DNA from: an uncultured delta proteobacterium
GTDB taxonomy: Bacteria > Myxococcota_A > Polyangia > Fen-1088
Direction: 5' to 3'
NCBI GenBank assembly: GCA_963824555.1
Contig: CAWGPW010000010.1
Coordinates: 5,551-69,550 of the forward strand
DNA length: 64,000 nt
Shown here: piece after piece, positions 8,967 to 19,927 of the stretch
Layout: the number at the start of each line of letters is the position of its first letter
Numbering within the stretch: the first letter of the stretch is position 1
Notes under the pieces: generated by a model
The model's database searches: none
What the model was told of the DNA's origin: nothing
Seen by the model: only the letters and a program-made list of their open reading frames with translations
Translations under genes and position numbers: made by a program

Positions 8967-11132
8967 ATGCAAATGCTTCCCTCTCACACGCCCCTATCTA
9001 TGGCACTCATCGCTGCCCTAGGTCTTACGGCAGTCTCCCTGTCCTGTTCCAGCTCGTCTGCGCCGCAGGCTGGAGCGGGCGGCGCACAGGCCGGTGGCGC
9101 GGTCGGTGCTGGGGGCACAAGCAGCGGAGGCGGTTCCGCAAGCACGGGGGGCGCGGGCGGTGGCGCCACCAACTCGGGCGGTCGGAGTGGGAGCGGTGGC
9201 GGGACGGGGTCGGGAGGGACGTCTACGTCAGGAGGCGCAACCGGCACAGGAGGCACAACTGGTCGTGGGGGGGCGACCGGCTCTGGGGGCATGGCCGCTT
9301 CTGGTGGTACGAATACTGCAGGGGGTGCGATGGGCTCGGGTGGCGTGATGAGCTCGGGTGGCGTGATGAGTAGCGGAGGCCGAAACGGTTCTGGAGGCTC
9401 GACAGGCAACGGTGGTCAAGCAGCTTCCGGCGGCGCAGCAGGTACAGGCGGCGCAACTGGCTCAGGCGGCGCAACTGGTGCGGCTTGCACGCCCTCGTGC
9501 ACCAACAAGACCTGCGGAAGTGACGGCTGCGACGGTGTGTGCGGCGGTTGTCTACCGTCGCAGATGTGTGGCACGAACGGGACGTGTCAGGCGAAGAGCG
9601 GTACGGGCATCTCGGTCGATGTAAGCTCACAGCTTACACCAATTTCGCCCGATATCTACGGCGTCGCCTTTTCTACGGATACTGGTGACGATTCACACAA
9701 CGTCGCCACACTCGACCGATGGGGAGGCGACGCTGAAGAGAGCTACAATTGGCAAAAGGACATGCACAATTCGGGGGGAGACTGGTATTGCGCGAACTAC
9801 GTGGGTAGCGGACACGATGCTGACACGTTCGTGCAAACGAACAAGGGATGGGGTCTCAATACGCTCATGACGATTCCAATCGCGGGTTGGCTCGCCAATG
9901 TCGCCACCTCATCGGACAGCACTTATAGTGCCGCGATCGGTTACAACTTGAGCTACTGCAATAGCCCGGCGACCTCTACTCCTTCGGGGAGCGATTGTTG
10001 CAAAGCGATCGGTGCGCAGGAATCGATCTTGGTCGACAAGGGGTCGAATAATCTCGATACGAGCTTCATGGCCAACTGGCTATCGCATTTCGTTTCGACC
10101 TTTGGAAGTGCAGCTGCCGGCGGCATCAAGTACTATCAACTCGACAACGAACCCGACAACTGGCAAGGCCTTCGACAGGACATTTATCCATCGTTGTACC
10201 CGCCAGGCACGAATTGTATGGACTATACAGTGAAGATTACTTCGGGCAATGAGGCTGGAGTATCGCCGAACGACGACATCATCAATCGCTCGGTGGCCTA
10301 CGCGGCGGCGATCAAGAACGCGGACCCGGGTGCGCAGGTGCTGTTCTTGTCGGTTATGAATCCGGACGACACGATCAACTTGATGCAAACCGAGTGCGGC
10401 GTGGGCTCTTGGAGCGGTACAATGACTGTCCCATACACTATCGACAATTCCTACGCGATGGCGATGATGGCGAAGGGAAAGCAATACGAAACCGCCCACC
10501 ACCAAAGGATCTTCGATTGCTTGGACACGCACTATCCCGGCAGTGCACAGGAAATGTGGACCAACACGGTCTCGCATTTTCGCGGTTGGATCAATTCGAC
10601 CTATCCGGGCACCGGCATATGCGTGAGCGAGTACAATGTCGCCAACGACACTTCCGACCCAGCAGCAACCGCGAAACAAGCCGACTACCTTGGCACATTT
10701 GGCGTAATGGGCATTCGCGCCGCGTCGTACTGGACGTCACTTACGTCCAAGGACTCCAACAACAACCACGTTCACAGTTACGCCTATAACGCATTCGCGA
10801 TGTTCCGAAACTACGACGGCGCAGGCGGCAAGTTCGGCAATGTGTCCGTGGGTGCTGCGAGCTCGTATTCCGGTGTTCACGCATATGCGGCGACGGATTC
10901 GGTAAACAATCCGACGACTCTTTGGATCATGCTGGTCAACACGGGAACATCCACCCAGTCCAACATGACGCTCACGCTCAACCACTTCACTGCCGGTGCA
11001 AGCGCGAAAGTGTATCAAAGCGTGAACGGCGCTGCGCCCGTAGCCGCTGCAAACGCCTCGGTCTCGGGCGATGCGATCAATGGGTTGTCGATCGCCGCAA
11101 ACAGCATCACTTTGTTGGTGGTCGGCAATTGA
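8967..11132 (+). CDS. GH44-like endoglucanase/xyloglucanase lipoprotein
   Basis: ISPDIYGV, RWGG...YNW, YYQLDNEPDNW (acid/base), VSEYN (nucleophile), MFRNYDGAGGKFG; Cys-rich CTPSC..CGSDGC.GVCG module after the GS linker. Confidence 0.8.
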   Translation: MQMLPSHTPLSMALIAALGLTAVSLSCSSSSAPQAGAGGAQAGGAVGAGGTSSGGGSASTGGAGGGATNSGGRSGSGGGTGSGGTSTSGGATGTGGTTGRGGATGSGGMAASGGTNTAGGAMGSGGVMSSGGVMSSGGRNGSGGSTGNGGQAASGGAAGTGGATGSGGATGAACTPSCTNKTCGSDGCDGVCGGCLPSQMCGTNGTCQAKSGTGISVDVSSQLTPISPDIYGVAFSTDTGDDSHNVATLDRWGGDAEESYNWQKDMHNSGGDWYCANYVGSGHDADTFVQTNKGWGLNTLMTIPIAGWLANVATSSDSTYSAAIGYNLSYCNSPATSTPSGSDCCKAIGAQESILVDKGSNNLDTSFMANWLSHFVSTFGSAAAGGIKYYQLDNEPDNWQGLRQDIYPSLYPPGTNCMDYTVKITSGNEAGVSPNDDIINRSVAYAAAIKNADPGAQVLFLSVMNPDDTINLMQTECGVGSWSGTMTVPYTIDNSYAMAMMAKGKQYETAHHQRIFDCLDTHYPGSAQEMWTNTVSHFRGWINSTYPGTGICVSEYNVANDTSDPAATAKQADYLGTFGVMGIRAASYWTSLTSKDSNNNHVHSYAYNAFAMFRNYDGAGGKFGNVSVGAASSYSGVHAYAATDSVNNPTTLWIMLVNTGTSTQSNMTLTLNHFTAGASAKVYQSVNGAAPVAAANASVSGDAINGLSIAANSITLLVVGN

Positions 11133-11269
11133 GCTTCAGTAAGGCATCCCCCATTCGAATTCAGTTCGCCTCTTGCTCGCCTTGCTTCGTGCTTCCGGCT
11201 TCACCCTCGATGCAAATCGTCTCCCGTAAGGGAAGGCCAAGGCGGGTCTCCTTCTTGCCATCACCAGCA

Positions 11270-11643
11270 CCCAGGTATAGCCCCACCCCTCGTTGTCACG
11301 AGCCACCGTGAGCACCAACTCCACGATGTCTTCGGCTTTCCGAGGTCGTCCGGGGCCACGTCGCTCGCTCCCATCGTACTTCTTCGCCACCAGTTCTCGG
11401 TACCAACGTAGGATCGTTTCCGCCGCCACGATCGTGGCTATCTTGCCCAGCACCTTGAGGCCCAGTTCCTTCCGAGAATCGCCAGTCGCCGCCGGTCGGC
11501 ATTCGTGAGCTGCAGTTTGCGATCGCCGAGCTGTTCCTTGAGGACCCTGTTCTCGGCCATCAAGTAGTCGACCTGCTGCTGCAGAGCGCGCGCAAACCAC
11601 CCGGCCAGCCACGCTGCAAGAACTGCAGCGGCAACGGCAGCAT
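11270..11643 (-). pseudogene. Truncated, frameshifted integrase/transposase N-terminus (HTH region)
   Basis: Joining frames gives MLPLPLQF-AAWLAGWFARALQQQVDYLMAENRVLKEQLGDRKLQLTNADRRRLAIL-KELGLKVL...ETILRWYRELVAKKYDGS..RGPGRP...LVLTVARDNEGWGYT. Two frameshifts; no DDE core. Confidence 0.75.
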
Positions 11644-11852
11644 CGAACCGAGCGGCTCGGCTTTTTTTCGGCTCACGGGCTGCCTTTTACACGTTCCCCG
11701 CCCTCTGCAAGCTCCTCGGCACATCCTCCAACCTTCCGGAGTCCCTTCGCTTTTCGACGATCTTGTTTTGACACTAGACCGGATCCACCTTCGACCTCGG
11801 ATGAAAACCGGCATATGACAACCGTACTTCCGATGGGGTAGACTGATACTCG

Positions 11853-13001
11853 ATGAGTGGCCATTTCTTCTTCGCGTCCCATGCCTCGCTGGACTACCGC
11901 CAAGTTCGCGCGTGCGCGATTGCCCGCGGTTTCCTGCCCGCCGTCGTCTTTGCGCTCCTCGCTCTGTCCGGCACCGGACTCGCTGGCTGTGCAAATGCGG
12001 AGGTCGGCACCGGGGGAAGCGCCAATGGCGGTACGACGGGCGGGGTCGCCGAACGAAGCACTTCGGGTGCTGGCGGCACCATCCAACTCACCCTCGACAC
12101 GACCACGACGGTTATGCCGTCGAGCGTGGACGCCGAGGTCACGAGCCAGGTTGTGGGCTGCGACGGCGGCGACGGCTGTGTCTGCCCGACGTTGAACGTC
12201 GCCTTCGTGGGAACGCCGGGTGTGTGGGGTGATAGCAGTGACACGGCCTTTCAGGATTGGCTCAACTCGAGCAGCGCCGGGACGGCGAAGGTCGACGACT
12301 ACCCGGCTAAGCCAACGTTCACCGCGGACTTTTTGGCTGGGTACAACCTCATCATTCTCGGGGGCCTTGGAGACAACTCCAACAGCGGGCCTTGGTGGAC
12401 ATTCGGCGCATCTGAAGTGGCAGCTTTTCAAGATTGGATCGAGAACAAGGGTGGCGGCGTCATCTCGTTGAGTGGTTATTCAAACGACAACAACGAGATA
12501 GTCGCCAAAAATGCCCTCCTGGCGTTCTCCGGGATCTCCTACAATCAATCGTGTAACTCGCCGCCATGTGCCATCGCAATGTGCCCCTATCAGTGCGGTA
12601 ATCCATACCAGATTACCGAATGGAACCGAACCGATCTCGTGATCGCCAACCTAAGCCTCGGCGTCACCATGATAGGAATTGATGGGGGGCGACCTATTAG
12701 TGCACCTGCGGATGCTCACGTCGCGGCTATGACAACGGACGCTACGAGCGTCAGAAATTGGCTAGTCGGGAAGATCACCGAAAACGGGCGGGTGCTCGCG
12801 TATGCCGACGAATGGATTACCTACACGGACCAATGGGATGGCCAGGACGGTCAGTATTTGAACGACCCATCGTGCAAAGGCTCTTTGCCGCAGGATCTAT
12901 ATCAGACCGCCCAGTTCTGGTACAACATGATCCATTGGGCACAGCCAGCCGCCACCTGCTTCACGATTGTCGACACCACGACGCCTATCACGATCTGGTA
13001 G
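11853..13001 (+). CDS. Hypothetical lipoprotein (myxobacterial type, Cys/Trp-rich alpha/beta domain)
   Basis: Lipobox LAGC and a short linker; the domain with DWIENKGGGVISLSGY and GRVLAYADEWITY resembles a class I glutamine-amidotransferase-like fold. Function unknown. Confidence 0.65.
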   Translation: MSGHFFFASHASLDYRQVRACAIARGFLPAVVFALLALSGTGLAGCANAEVGTGGSANGGTTGGVAERSTSGAGGTIQLTLDTTTTVMPSSVDAEVTSQVVGCDGGDGCVCPTLNVAFVGTPGVWGDSSDTAFQDWLNSSSAGTAKVDDYPAKPTFTADFLAGYNLIILGGLGDNSNSGPWWTFGASEVAAFQDWIENKGGGVISLSGYSNDNNEIVAKNALLAFSGISYNQSCNSPPCAIAMCPYQCGNPYQITEWNRTDLVIANLSLGVTMIGIDGGRPISAPADAHVAAMTTDATSVRNWLVGKITENGRVLAYADEWITYTDQWDGQDGQYLNDPSCKGSLPQDLYQTAQFWYNMIHWAQPAATCFTIVDTTTPITIW

Positions 13002-13243
13002 ATACTCCAAGCTTTGGCGATGCTAGACACCTCCACGGCCACGCCATCGACACGCTGCGCTTGCGCCCTTCATCGCCGGTGGCACCGAAATTGACAGTGA
13101 CGGTCCGGTTCGATATGGCTCGCAGCGCGGATAGCTGGGGGTGTTGATCTTACGCTGACGTGAAAACTGACCTCACCGTCGCCGGGCGCGGTCGCGAGTG
13201 TGATGACCCCGCGCCGTTGGAGGAAGCCTAGACTAGGATGCGC

Positions 13244-13530
13244 TTACTCGCGCTCGACGATGGCAAGGACGTCCTGTGGGGTAAGTCCCGGCGCCGGGTG
13301 GAAGATGGGGGAACCGCTGTCGCGCCCAGGGGCGTACGCTCCATCGAGCTGGAGAACGTGAAAATGCGGGGAGAGACGCAGGTCGCTGTTGGCGCGCTGG
13401 ATGACCGTGACGGCGCCGCACTCGCCGTCGGCATTGCCCCGATCTGCCAGGCGCTTGCGATAGTTGGACGCTACGGTGTCGGTGAAGATGCGCAGGACTT
13501 GGCCGGCGGGGCTGGGTTTTGCTCGGCGGG
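13244..13530 (-). pseudogene. IS91-family (Y2/HUH) transposase internal fragment
   Basis: GECGAVTVIQRANSDLRLSPHFHVLQLDGAY contains the HUH motif region typical of IS91-like transposases; both ends are missing. Confidence 0.75.
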
Positions 13531-13585
13531 CGCACCCGCTGAATCGCCGTGACGGAATCGGGACGTTCGCGCCACTACATAAACG

Positions 13586-15197
13586 ATGAAGTTCCACGGC
13601 GTAAGGTCCTGCTCTGTCCTGGTTCCCACTCTCATAGCTGCCACTTCCTGCGCTCTGCTGGCCGCGCCGGTCGAGGCGGCGTCGTTGCAGCAGGTCAGCA
13701 ACTGGTCGGGCGGGGTGGCTAACCTGCCCTCGGACGTGCTCATGTACGTCTACGTGCCGGACAAGGTGGCCACCAATCCGCCGCTCCTGACCCTGATCCA
13801 CTCCTGCGGCAGCAACGCCAGCGTTGTCCTTGGTCAGGCACCGGACCTGAAGAGTGCGGCCGACAAATATGGCTTCATCATCGTGGCCCCGCAGAGCAAC
13901 CCCAGCAGCTCGAGATGCTGGACGACCGATTCCACCCAGGTGTGGACGCGCGACAAGGGTGGCGATAGCAACGCCATCAAGCAAATGGTCGTGTACGCGC
14001 TCTCGAAGTACCAGGCCAACGCAGATCGCGTCTATGTGACCGGCTGTTCGTCGGGTGCGATGATGACGGAGCTTCCTGTTGGGACTCTACCCCGACATCT
14101 TCAAGGCGGGCTCGTCGTTCGCTGGCATGCCGGCCGGATGCCACGGGCCGAACGACAACTCAAGCAACGCCACGGGCTATAACGGTACGTGCGCAGGCGG
14201 CACGGTCAACTATACCGCCCAGCAGTGGGGAGACCTGGTGCGCGCCATGGATCCCGGCTACACCGGGCATCGGCCACGGCTGCAGCTCTTCCATGGCTCC
14301 GCAGATCCGACCATCAACTTTGCGAACATGGCGGAGTCGTGCGATCAGTACATCAATTTACAGAACCTCAGCAGCAATCCGACGAAGACGAATACGGGAT
14401 TGACCTTGGGGACACATCAAGCGTCGGAGCAGCAGTGGAACAACGCATGCGGGTATCTGGTGCTCGACGCTTTCGACTCGATCAACGGCGATCACGGCCC
14501 GTCTGACGCCTTGTTCGTCGGGAAGTATGTCCTGCCCTTCTTTGGTCTCGACAGCCAGACCGCTGTCAATGTAGCGGTCGATCCCGAAATAGCACAATGC
14601 GGCAGCGGCGACGGCGGGGCGGGTGGGATCTCTGGCACCGACGGCGGCGTAGGTGGGGCTGGAGGAGCAGGAGGCACCACCGGACCAAGGGACGGCGGGC
14701 TGAATGGCAGGGACACGGGTGCTGGCGGGAGCACGGTCGGCAGCGGCGGGAGCACCGGCAGCGGCGGGAGCACCGGCAACGGCGGGAGCACCGGCAGCGG
14801 CGGGAGCACCGGCAACGGCGGGAGCACTGGCAGCGGCGGGGAGAGGAGTGGCGGAAGCAATGGCTCGGGCGGAAGCAGCGGAAGCGGCGGGGCGCAGGGG
14901 AGCGGAGGCAGTCAAGGCAGCAGCGGTGGGGCGCTCGGAACGGGCGGACACGCCGGGACCGGGGGAAACTCTACCGTCGGAGGAAGCGGAGGCGCCGGTT
15001 CGGGTGGAACGGCTGGGGCGGGTAGCGGCGGCTCGGCGGTAGCAGGAAACGCTGGCTCAAGCGGATGCACCTGCGCTCTCGGCGCGACGCAGGACGGCCG
15101 ACACGGCGTCCTGGAAACGGCAGTCGCCCTGGGTTTGGCGTTCGCGGCTTTCACCCGTAGGCGTCGAAGGGCCGGCAGCGTCTGCCATCTCAAATAG
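13586..15197 (+). CDS. PHB-depolymerase-family (CE1-like acetylxylan/feruloyl) esterase with GS linker and MYXO-CTERM-like anchor; apparent +1 frameshift near 14075
   Basis: Signal peptide; MYVYVPD, RVYVTGCSSGAMM (GxSxG). It continues in another frame as LYPDIFKAG...LFHGSADPTI. The C-terminus is GCTCALG, a hydrophobic stretch, then RRRRR. Confidence 0.8.
14739..14840 (+). repeat. 18-bp tandem repeat (about 5 copies of GGCA[G/A]CGGCGGGAGCACC) encoding a G(S/N)GGST linker
   Basis: Directly visible tandem units in the esterase linker. Confidence 0.8.
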
Positions 15198-15696
15198 CGG
15201 CTCACCGCTCGACCTGCCACTGCCACTCACCCTGCCTTTCGAACCGCCACGCATCGGCGTGACGCGAACGCCGGCCGGTCAGGCGCGACTCTTTCCTGAA
15301 GAAACGTGATGCAAACGCCATCGTTCAACCCAATCGTTTGCTCATCTTCGTTGGGCCGCATACGCTTCGCCGGGCGGGACCTCGACCACCTGGGTACCGG
15401 CAGAGTCCCGGAAGCTGCTTCTCGCAGTTATGACAGGTAAATTCGAGAACTTCGCCCCTCCAGTGGCTGGCGCCGTCATGCTTCGAGCGATCTGTCGGAC
15501 GGAAAGCCGAGCCTCGCTCCACTGCATAAGGGATGACGATACTACCGACGGGACTGGGTTCGCGCGCGCCAAGAGGCCGCTTCGTTAACCGAGTACCTGG
15601 CTCGGTCCTACGACGACAGGCACAGCACGATGGCGAAGGTCGTCCAGTCTCACAAGTCAACCATGCAAGACAGAGATTCCAACCGAGGTATGTCCG

Positions 15697-18381
15697 ATGA
15701 ATAGAACAGGAAGATCAATCACCACCCTTGGACTCGCAGCTCTTATGGCGGCCTGCAGCTCGACAAACACGACCACTCAGCACAACGGAGGTTCGGGTGG
15801 CACGAGCGTTGCCAGCAGTGGCGGTTCGGCCGGGACGGCGCAGGGCGGCGCAGGGGGCGGCTCGGGCGGCAGCCTCTCCAGTGCTTCAGGCGGCGACTCG
15901 CGCGGCGGCTCGGGCGGAGGCGCGACAGGGGGCGCGACCGGCGGTGTGGGCGGAAGCTCCATCAGTGGCTCAGGGGGGAGCGCGACCGGCGGAACACGCG
16001 CCGGTACGGGCGGAGGGTCGACGGCTGGCGCAGGTGGCACCACGAGCCCCGGCACGGGCGGAAGTTCACGCGGCGGTTCCGGCGGCGGCGCGAGCGGCGG
16101 CGCGAGCGGCGGTTCGAGCGGCGGTCTGGGCGGCAGCGCCGGCTCCAGCGGCGCCGGTGGCTCGACCGATGTGTGTCCCAAGTCGCAGGCCCAAGCCTGC
16201 TACTACGTTTCGCCATCGGGCAGCGACACCAATGACGGGTCCGTGACCGGACCTTTCCTGACGATCGGCAAAGCCCGGGATGTGGTTAGCACCGTCAATG
16301 CCAACATGACCGGCGACATCTACGTCTATCTGCGAGGCGGCGACTACCGGATCACCAGCCCCATCACCTTTGCAGTCAAGGATTCAGGCACGGGTAACCA
16401 CCGCATCTACTATCAAGCCTACCCCGGCGAAACGCCCGTCATCAACGGTGCGACGAAGGTCACGGGGTGGACCGCGGGCAGCGGCGGCGTCTACAAAGCC
16501 ACGCTCGCCCGCACCACGAAGCTGCGCAACCTCTACGTGAACGACACGCGAGCCAACATGACCAGCAAGGTCGTCTCTGCCAAGGGGGCGAACGGGACCT
16601 ACTCCGTTACCAAGGGTCAAGCCGACTGGGCGTGGGCCAGCGGCAGTGGCTTCGACGGGGTCGAGTACAGCAGCTCGGATGTGCCGGCCATCACCAGCAA
16701 CAAGGACGACCTAGAGATCGTCAATCAAAGCACGTGGAACGAAAACATCGTTTGCACCCGAGACGTGGTCACCGCTTCCGACGGCAATAGAGCCTTGATG
16801 CTGCAGCAGCCCTACGGAGCCATCGCCCAGTTGCCCGGCTGGGGCGCCGCCTTCGTTGCCACGGGCTCGCACGAGATCTTCAACGTACAGGCCTGGCTGA
16901 CGTCGCCGGGACACTTCTACTTCGACAAGACTGCTGGGACGCTCTACTACTATCCCCGCTCGGGCGAGGATATGAGCACCGCGGATGTGGAGGCGCCGGT
17001 GGCAGAGGAGCTGATCGACATCGCCGGTACCTCGAATACAAGCAGGGTCAAGAACCTCACCTTCCAAGGCATCACCTTCGCAAACACGGACTACAACCTC
17101 TACAAGGTCGCAAGCTCCTACGGAAAGTCGAGCGTTCAGGGAGATACGGTCTACATCGCTTATGGTACGGGTAATTACCACGACTGGCAGTACGAAATCA
17201 TCGACACGTTGCCCGCGATGATCAACGTGAACAGTGCCGATTCGATCGACATCGTGAGCAACGTGGTCAAGCACAGTGGTGATGACGGAATCTCGATGAT
17301 CAACGACGTCATCAATTCCAACATCATCGGCAACTACATCACCGACATTGCGGGAAGCGGAATAACTATCGGCCATCCGACGCATGTCTATCTGACAAGC
17401 AATGGGCCTCACGAGAAATACCCCGCCGGGGTGAAGGGTATTTGCACCAAGATCACGGTCAGCAACAACCTCGTGTACAACATAGCCACGCTGCGCGGGT
17501 TCGGCGGGCACGCGGGAGTCACGGCTTTCTTCACGGATACGCTTACATTCACTCACAACCACATCCACACATGTGCCTACAACGGCATCAACTTGGGATG
17601 GGGATGGCGAAACTTCAACGGCGACAGCAGCTCGGAATTCCCAGGCAACCCCTCCAACACGGCCAAGAACAACACCTGCAGCAACAACCGGTTCACGAAC
17701 ATGATGACCCGATTGCACGACAGCGGGGCGGTCTACACCATTGGGCAGAATCCGGGAACGGTCATCAACCAGAACTACGTCAAAGGGATTCCGAACAACT
17801 CGTCAGGGCCCACGTATGGTCTGCACAACGACGAGGGGAGCGCGTACATTACGGAAAACGACAGCGTCCTCGATATCGACCCAGGGGTCACGTACACCAT
17901 CAACTGCGAGGACTACGGAGCGAAGCACGACCTGACGATTCTCAGGACCTACGCCACGGTCAACAAGATGGGAGCCAACCCTCCCAATAGCACCATCGAC
18001 ACACCCATCGTGGTCGCCGACGCCGTGTGGCCCGTGACCCAGTATGGGTATGCCGCGGCCTCAGGGGTCGAGGACGCGTACAGCAGCATCGTACCGAGCA
18101 GCCTGGTTTCGACACCGGACTTTGTCTTTCCGGCCAGTTGCGCTGCGCCGAAGGGGACCGCCACGCTCACCATCCGGAACAGCGGCAACGCCGCGAACAC
18201 GGTGTGGTTCGCGCCTGCCGGTACGACGACTTTTGCCGAGGGGGCCACGATGACGAAGGCTGTGGGAAACGCAACGTCGATCGCGGTTCCCACGACGGCG
18301 GGAAGCTACAAGCTGTCGGTCGTGGATTCCCAGGGCAAGAAGCTGGGTGAATCGCAGTCGCTGTTGAGGGTGGGAAGCTAG
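15697..18381 (+). CDS. Beta-helix lipoprotein, GH141-like (xylanase/fucosidase-type)
   Basis: Lipobox MAAC, GS linker, YYVSPSGSDTNDGS...ARDVVSTVNANMTGDIYVYLRGG, LTSPGHFYFD, LHDSGAVYT, GLHNDEGS. Confidence 0.72.
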   Translation: MNRTGRSITTLGLAALMAACSSTNTTTQHNGGSGGTSVASSGGSAGTAQGGAGGGSGGSLSSASGGDSRGGSGGGATGGATGGVGGSSISGSGGSATGGTRAGTGGGSTAGAGGTTSPGTGGSSRGGSGGGASGGASGGSSGGLGGSAGSSGAGGSTDVCPKSQAQACYYVSPSGSDTNDGSVTGPFLTIGKARDVVSTVNANMTGDIYVYLRGGDYRITSPITFAVKDSGTGNHRIYYQAYPGETPVINGATKVTGWTAGSGGVYKATLARTTKLRNLYVNDTRANMTSKVVSAKGANGTYSVTKGQADWAWASGSGFDGVEYSSSDVPAITSNKDDLEIVNQSTWNENIVCTRDVVTASDGNRALMLQQPYGAIAQLPGWGAAFVATGSHEIFNVQAWLTSPGHFYFDKTAGTLYYYPRSGEDMSTADVEAPVAEELIDIAGTSNTSRVKNLTFQGITFANTDYNLYKVASSYGKSSVQGDTVYIAYGTGNYHDWQYEIIDTLPAMINVNSADSIDIVSNVVKHSGDDGISMINDVINSNIIGNYITDIAGSGITIGHPTHVYLTSNGPHEKYPAGVKGICTKITVSNNLVYNIATLRGFGGHAGVTAFFTDTLTFTHNHIHTCAYNGINLGWGWRNFNGDSSSEFPGNPSNTAKNNTCSNNRFTNMMTRLHDSGAVYTIGQNPGTVINQNYVKGIPNNSSGPTYGLHNDEGSAYITENDSVLDIDPGVTYTINCEDYGAKHDLTILRTYATVNKMGANPPNSTIDTPIVVADAVWPVTQYGYAAASGVEDAYSSIVPSSLVSTPDFVFPASCAAPKGTATLTIRNSGNAANTVWFAPAGTTTFAEGATMTKAVGNATSIAVPTTAGSYKLSVVDSQGKKLGESQSLLRVGS

Positions 18382-18466
18382 AATGTTCAAGACGGGTCCA
18401 TTTATGGGCACGTCCTGAGCGGTGCGTTGCTGGCCCGTTTGAGCTGCTTCCGCGTGCGTCCCTCAT

Positions 18467-19480
18467 TCAGTTGGTCCGTACCAACGGCCAATCTCCGACG
18501 GTCGGCGCCGTTCGTACCAGCGGCATCGGACACGGTGTCACCGTTTCTTCCGCAGCCAAGGTCCAGGGGTGTTCTCGGGTATTCACCGCATCCTCCAGTG
18601 CTTCGGCGAATGCGAGCACGCTCTCGAAGCGTTCTTCCTTCCTCTTGCAGAGTGCCCGCAGAAGCACTCTCTCGAGCCTCGGAGCGAGGCCGCACGCTAA
18701 GCGAAGGGCAGGGGGCGCTTCGTAGACGACCTGAAGGAGAAGGGATTGGATCGTCTTTGCGACAAATGGCGTGCGGCCCGACAAGGCCTCCCAGGCAATG
18801 CAGGCCAATGCCCACTGGTCGGTACGTTCGTCGATGGTGTCGACCTGGCCAAGCGCCTGTTCGGGCGACATGTAGTGGGGTGTACCTAGGACGGGGTCGG
18901 GCTGTGTTTGAAGCTCGCTTGCACGGCAGGCCTTGTTGACGCCGAAGTCAATCACCTTCACGTAATCTGCTTCGCCGGGAGCGTCGCACAAGAAGATGTT
19001 TGCGGGCTTGATGTCCCGGTGGATGATGCCCTTGGCGTGAGTTGCGGCGAGCGCCGCAGCCGTTTGCTTGATCACGCGTAGCGCGATCGTCGAGGAGAGT
19101 CTCCCCGCGCGGCGCAGGCGTTTATCGAGGTCTTCTCCCTGAAGGAATTCCATCACCAGGTAGAGCTGCCCGGTATGCATGACGCCGAAGTCGAAGGCCT
19201 GGACAATGTGCGGATGAGCCAGCCGGCTCGTCACTTCAGCCTCCCGGCGGAAAAGCGCGACGGCCCTCTTGTCTCTTACGAGCTCTCGATGCATGGCCTT
19301 GAGAGCAACGCGTTTGTTGAAACGGAGATCGGCGGCCTCGTAGACGTTGCCCATTCCGCCCTGCCCGAGAAGTCGGTTAACGCGATAGGTATCGTTGATG
19401 GTTTGGCCGAGAAGGGGATCCGCGTCCGTAGCGTCGGCACCCAGGATAGCCACCGCTGGAGTGTCCGTCTCCGCGGGCAT
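18467..19480 (-). CDS. Serine/threonine protein kinase (soluble, short C-terminal tail)
   Basis: LGQGGMGNVY, VALK, HRDIKPAN, VIDFG, GTPHYMSPEQ. The start is uncertain; the ORF track extends it to 19795. Confidence 0.9.
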   Translation of the reverse strand: MPAETDTPAVAILGADATDADPLLGQTINDTYRVNRLLGQGGMGNVYEAADLRFNKRVALKAMHRELVRDKRAVALFRREAEVTSRLAHPHIVQAFDFGVMHTGQLYLVMEFLQGEDLDKRLRRAGRLSSTIALRVIKQTAAALAATHAKGIIHRDIKPANIFLCDAPGEADYVKVIDFGVNKACRASELQTQPDPVLGTPHYMSPEQALGQVDTIDERTDQWALACIAWEALSGRTPFVAKTIQSLLLQVVYEAPPALRLACGLAPRLERVLLRALCKRKEERFESVLAFAEALEDAVNTREHPWTLAAEETVTPCPMPLVRTAPTVGDWPLVRTN

Positions 19481-19927
19481 GGGGAGCAGCCGGCGCAGGC
19501 ATCGTCTTGGCGGCTCGCAACCGCTTGATATTGATGTGGGCAACATGTGTGGGAATCGCCTGAGCCATCGGCGTCGAGCGCTGAACCCCTGACCCCGATA
19601 GGCGGTTAGGCCCATCGGGGTCCCCCTCCGTCCATCGGCCGAGGGCCAGGTCTGACCGTTCGCCCATCGGCCGTACAGGCTAGTCAGCTCATATGGAGCT
19701 CGTGCCTGTGCAAAGTGAATGCCCGGCCCGTAGTCGCGGAAATTCGCCCGCCAAGTGCCAGCGTGGTCCGCCACCGGGTGCGAATGCGATCGCAATCACG
19801 GAAGCGCTTGCGCGTTCGGGAAGTTGGGCCGCGAGGCGACTTTGGTGCCCCGCGAAATCGATACGGCGCCGTGACTCGGGCTTGACCGCGAGCAGGGATG
19901 CGGTATGAGTCTATCCGGGAGCGTCAG

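Noticed and set aside
11648-11668. CCGAG-cgg-CTCGG followed by a T-run as an intrinsic terminator
   Set aside because: The stem is only 5 bp and no plus-strand gene ends nearby.
2128-16181. Pro-rich minus-strand ORFs opposite the linkers
   Set aside because: Antisense shadows of GGN-rich codons in high-GC DNA.
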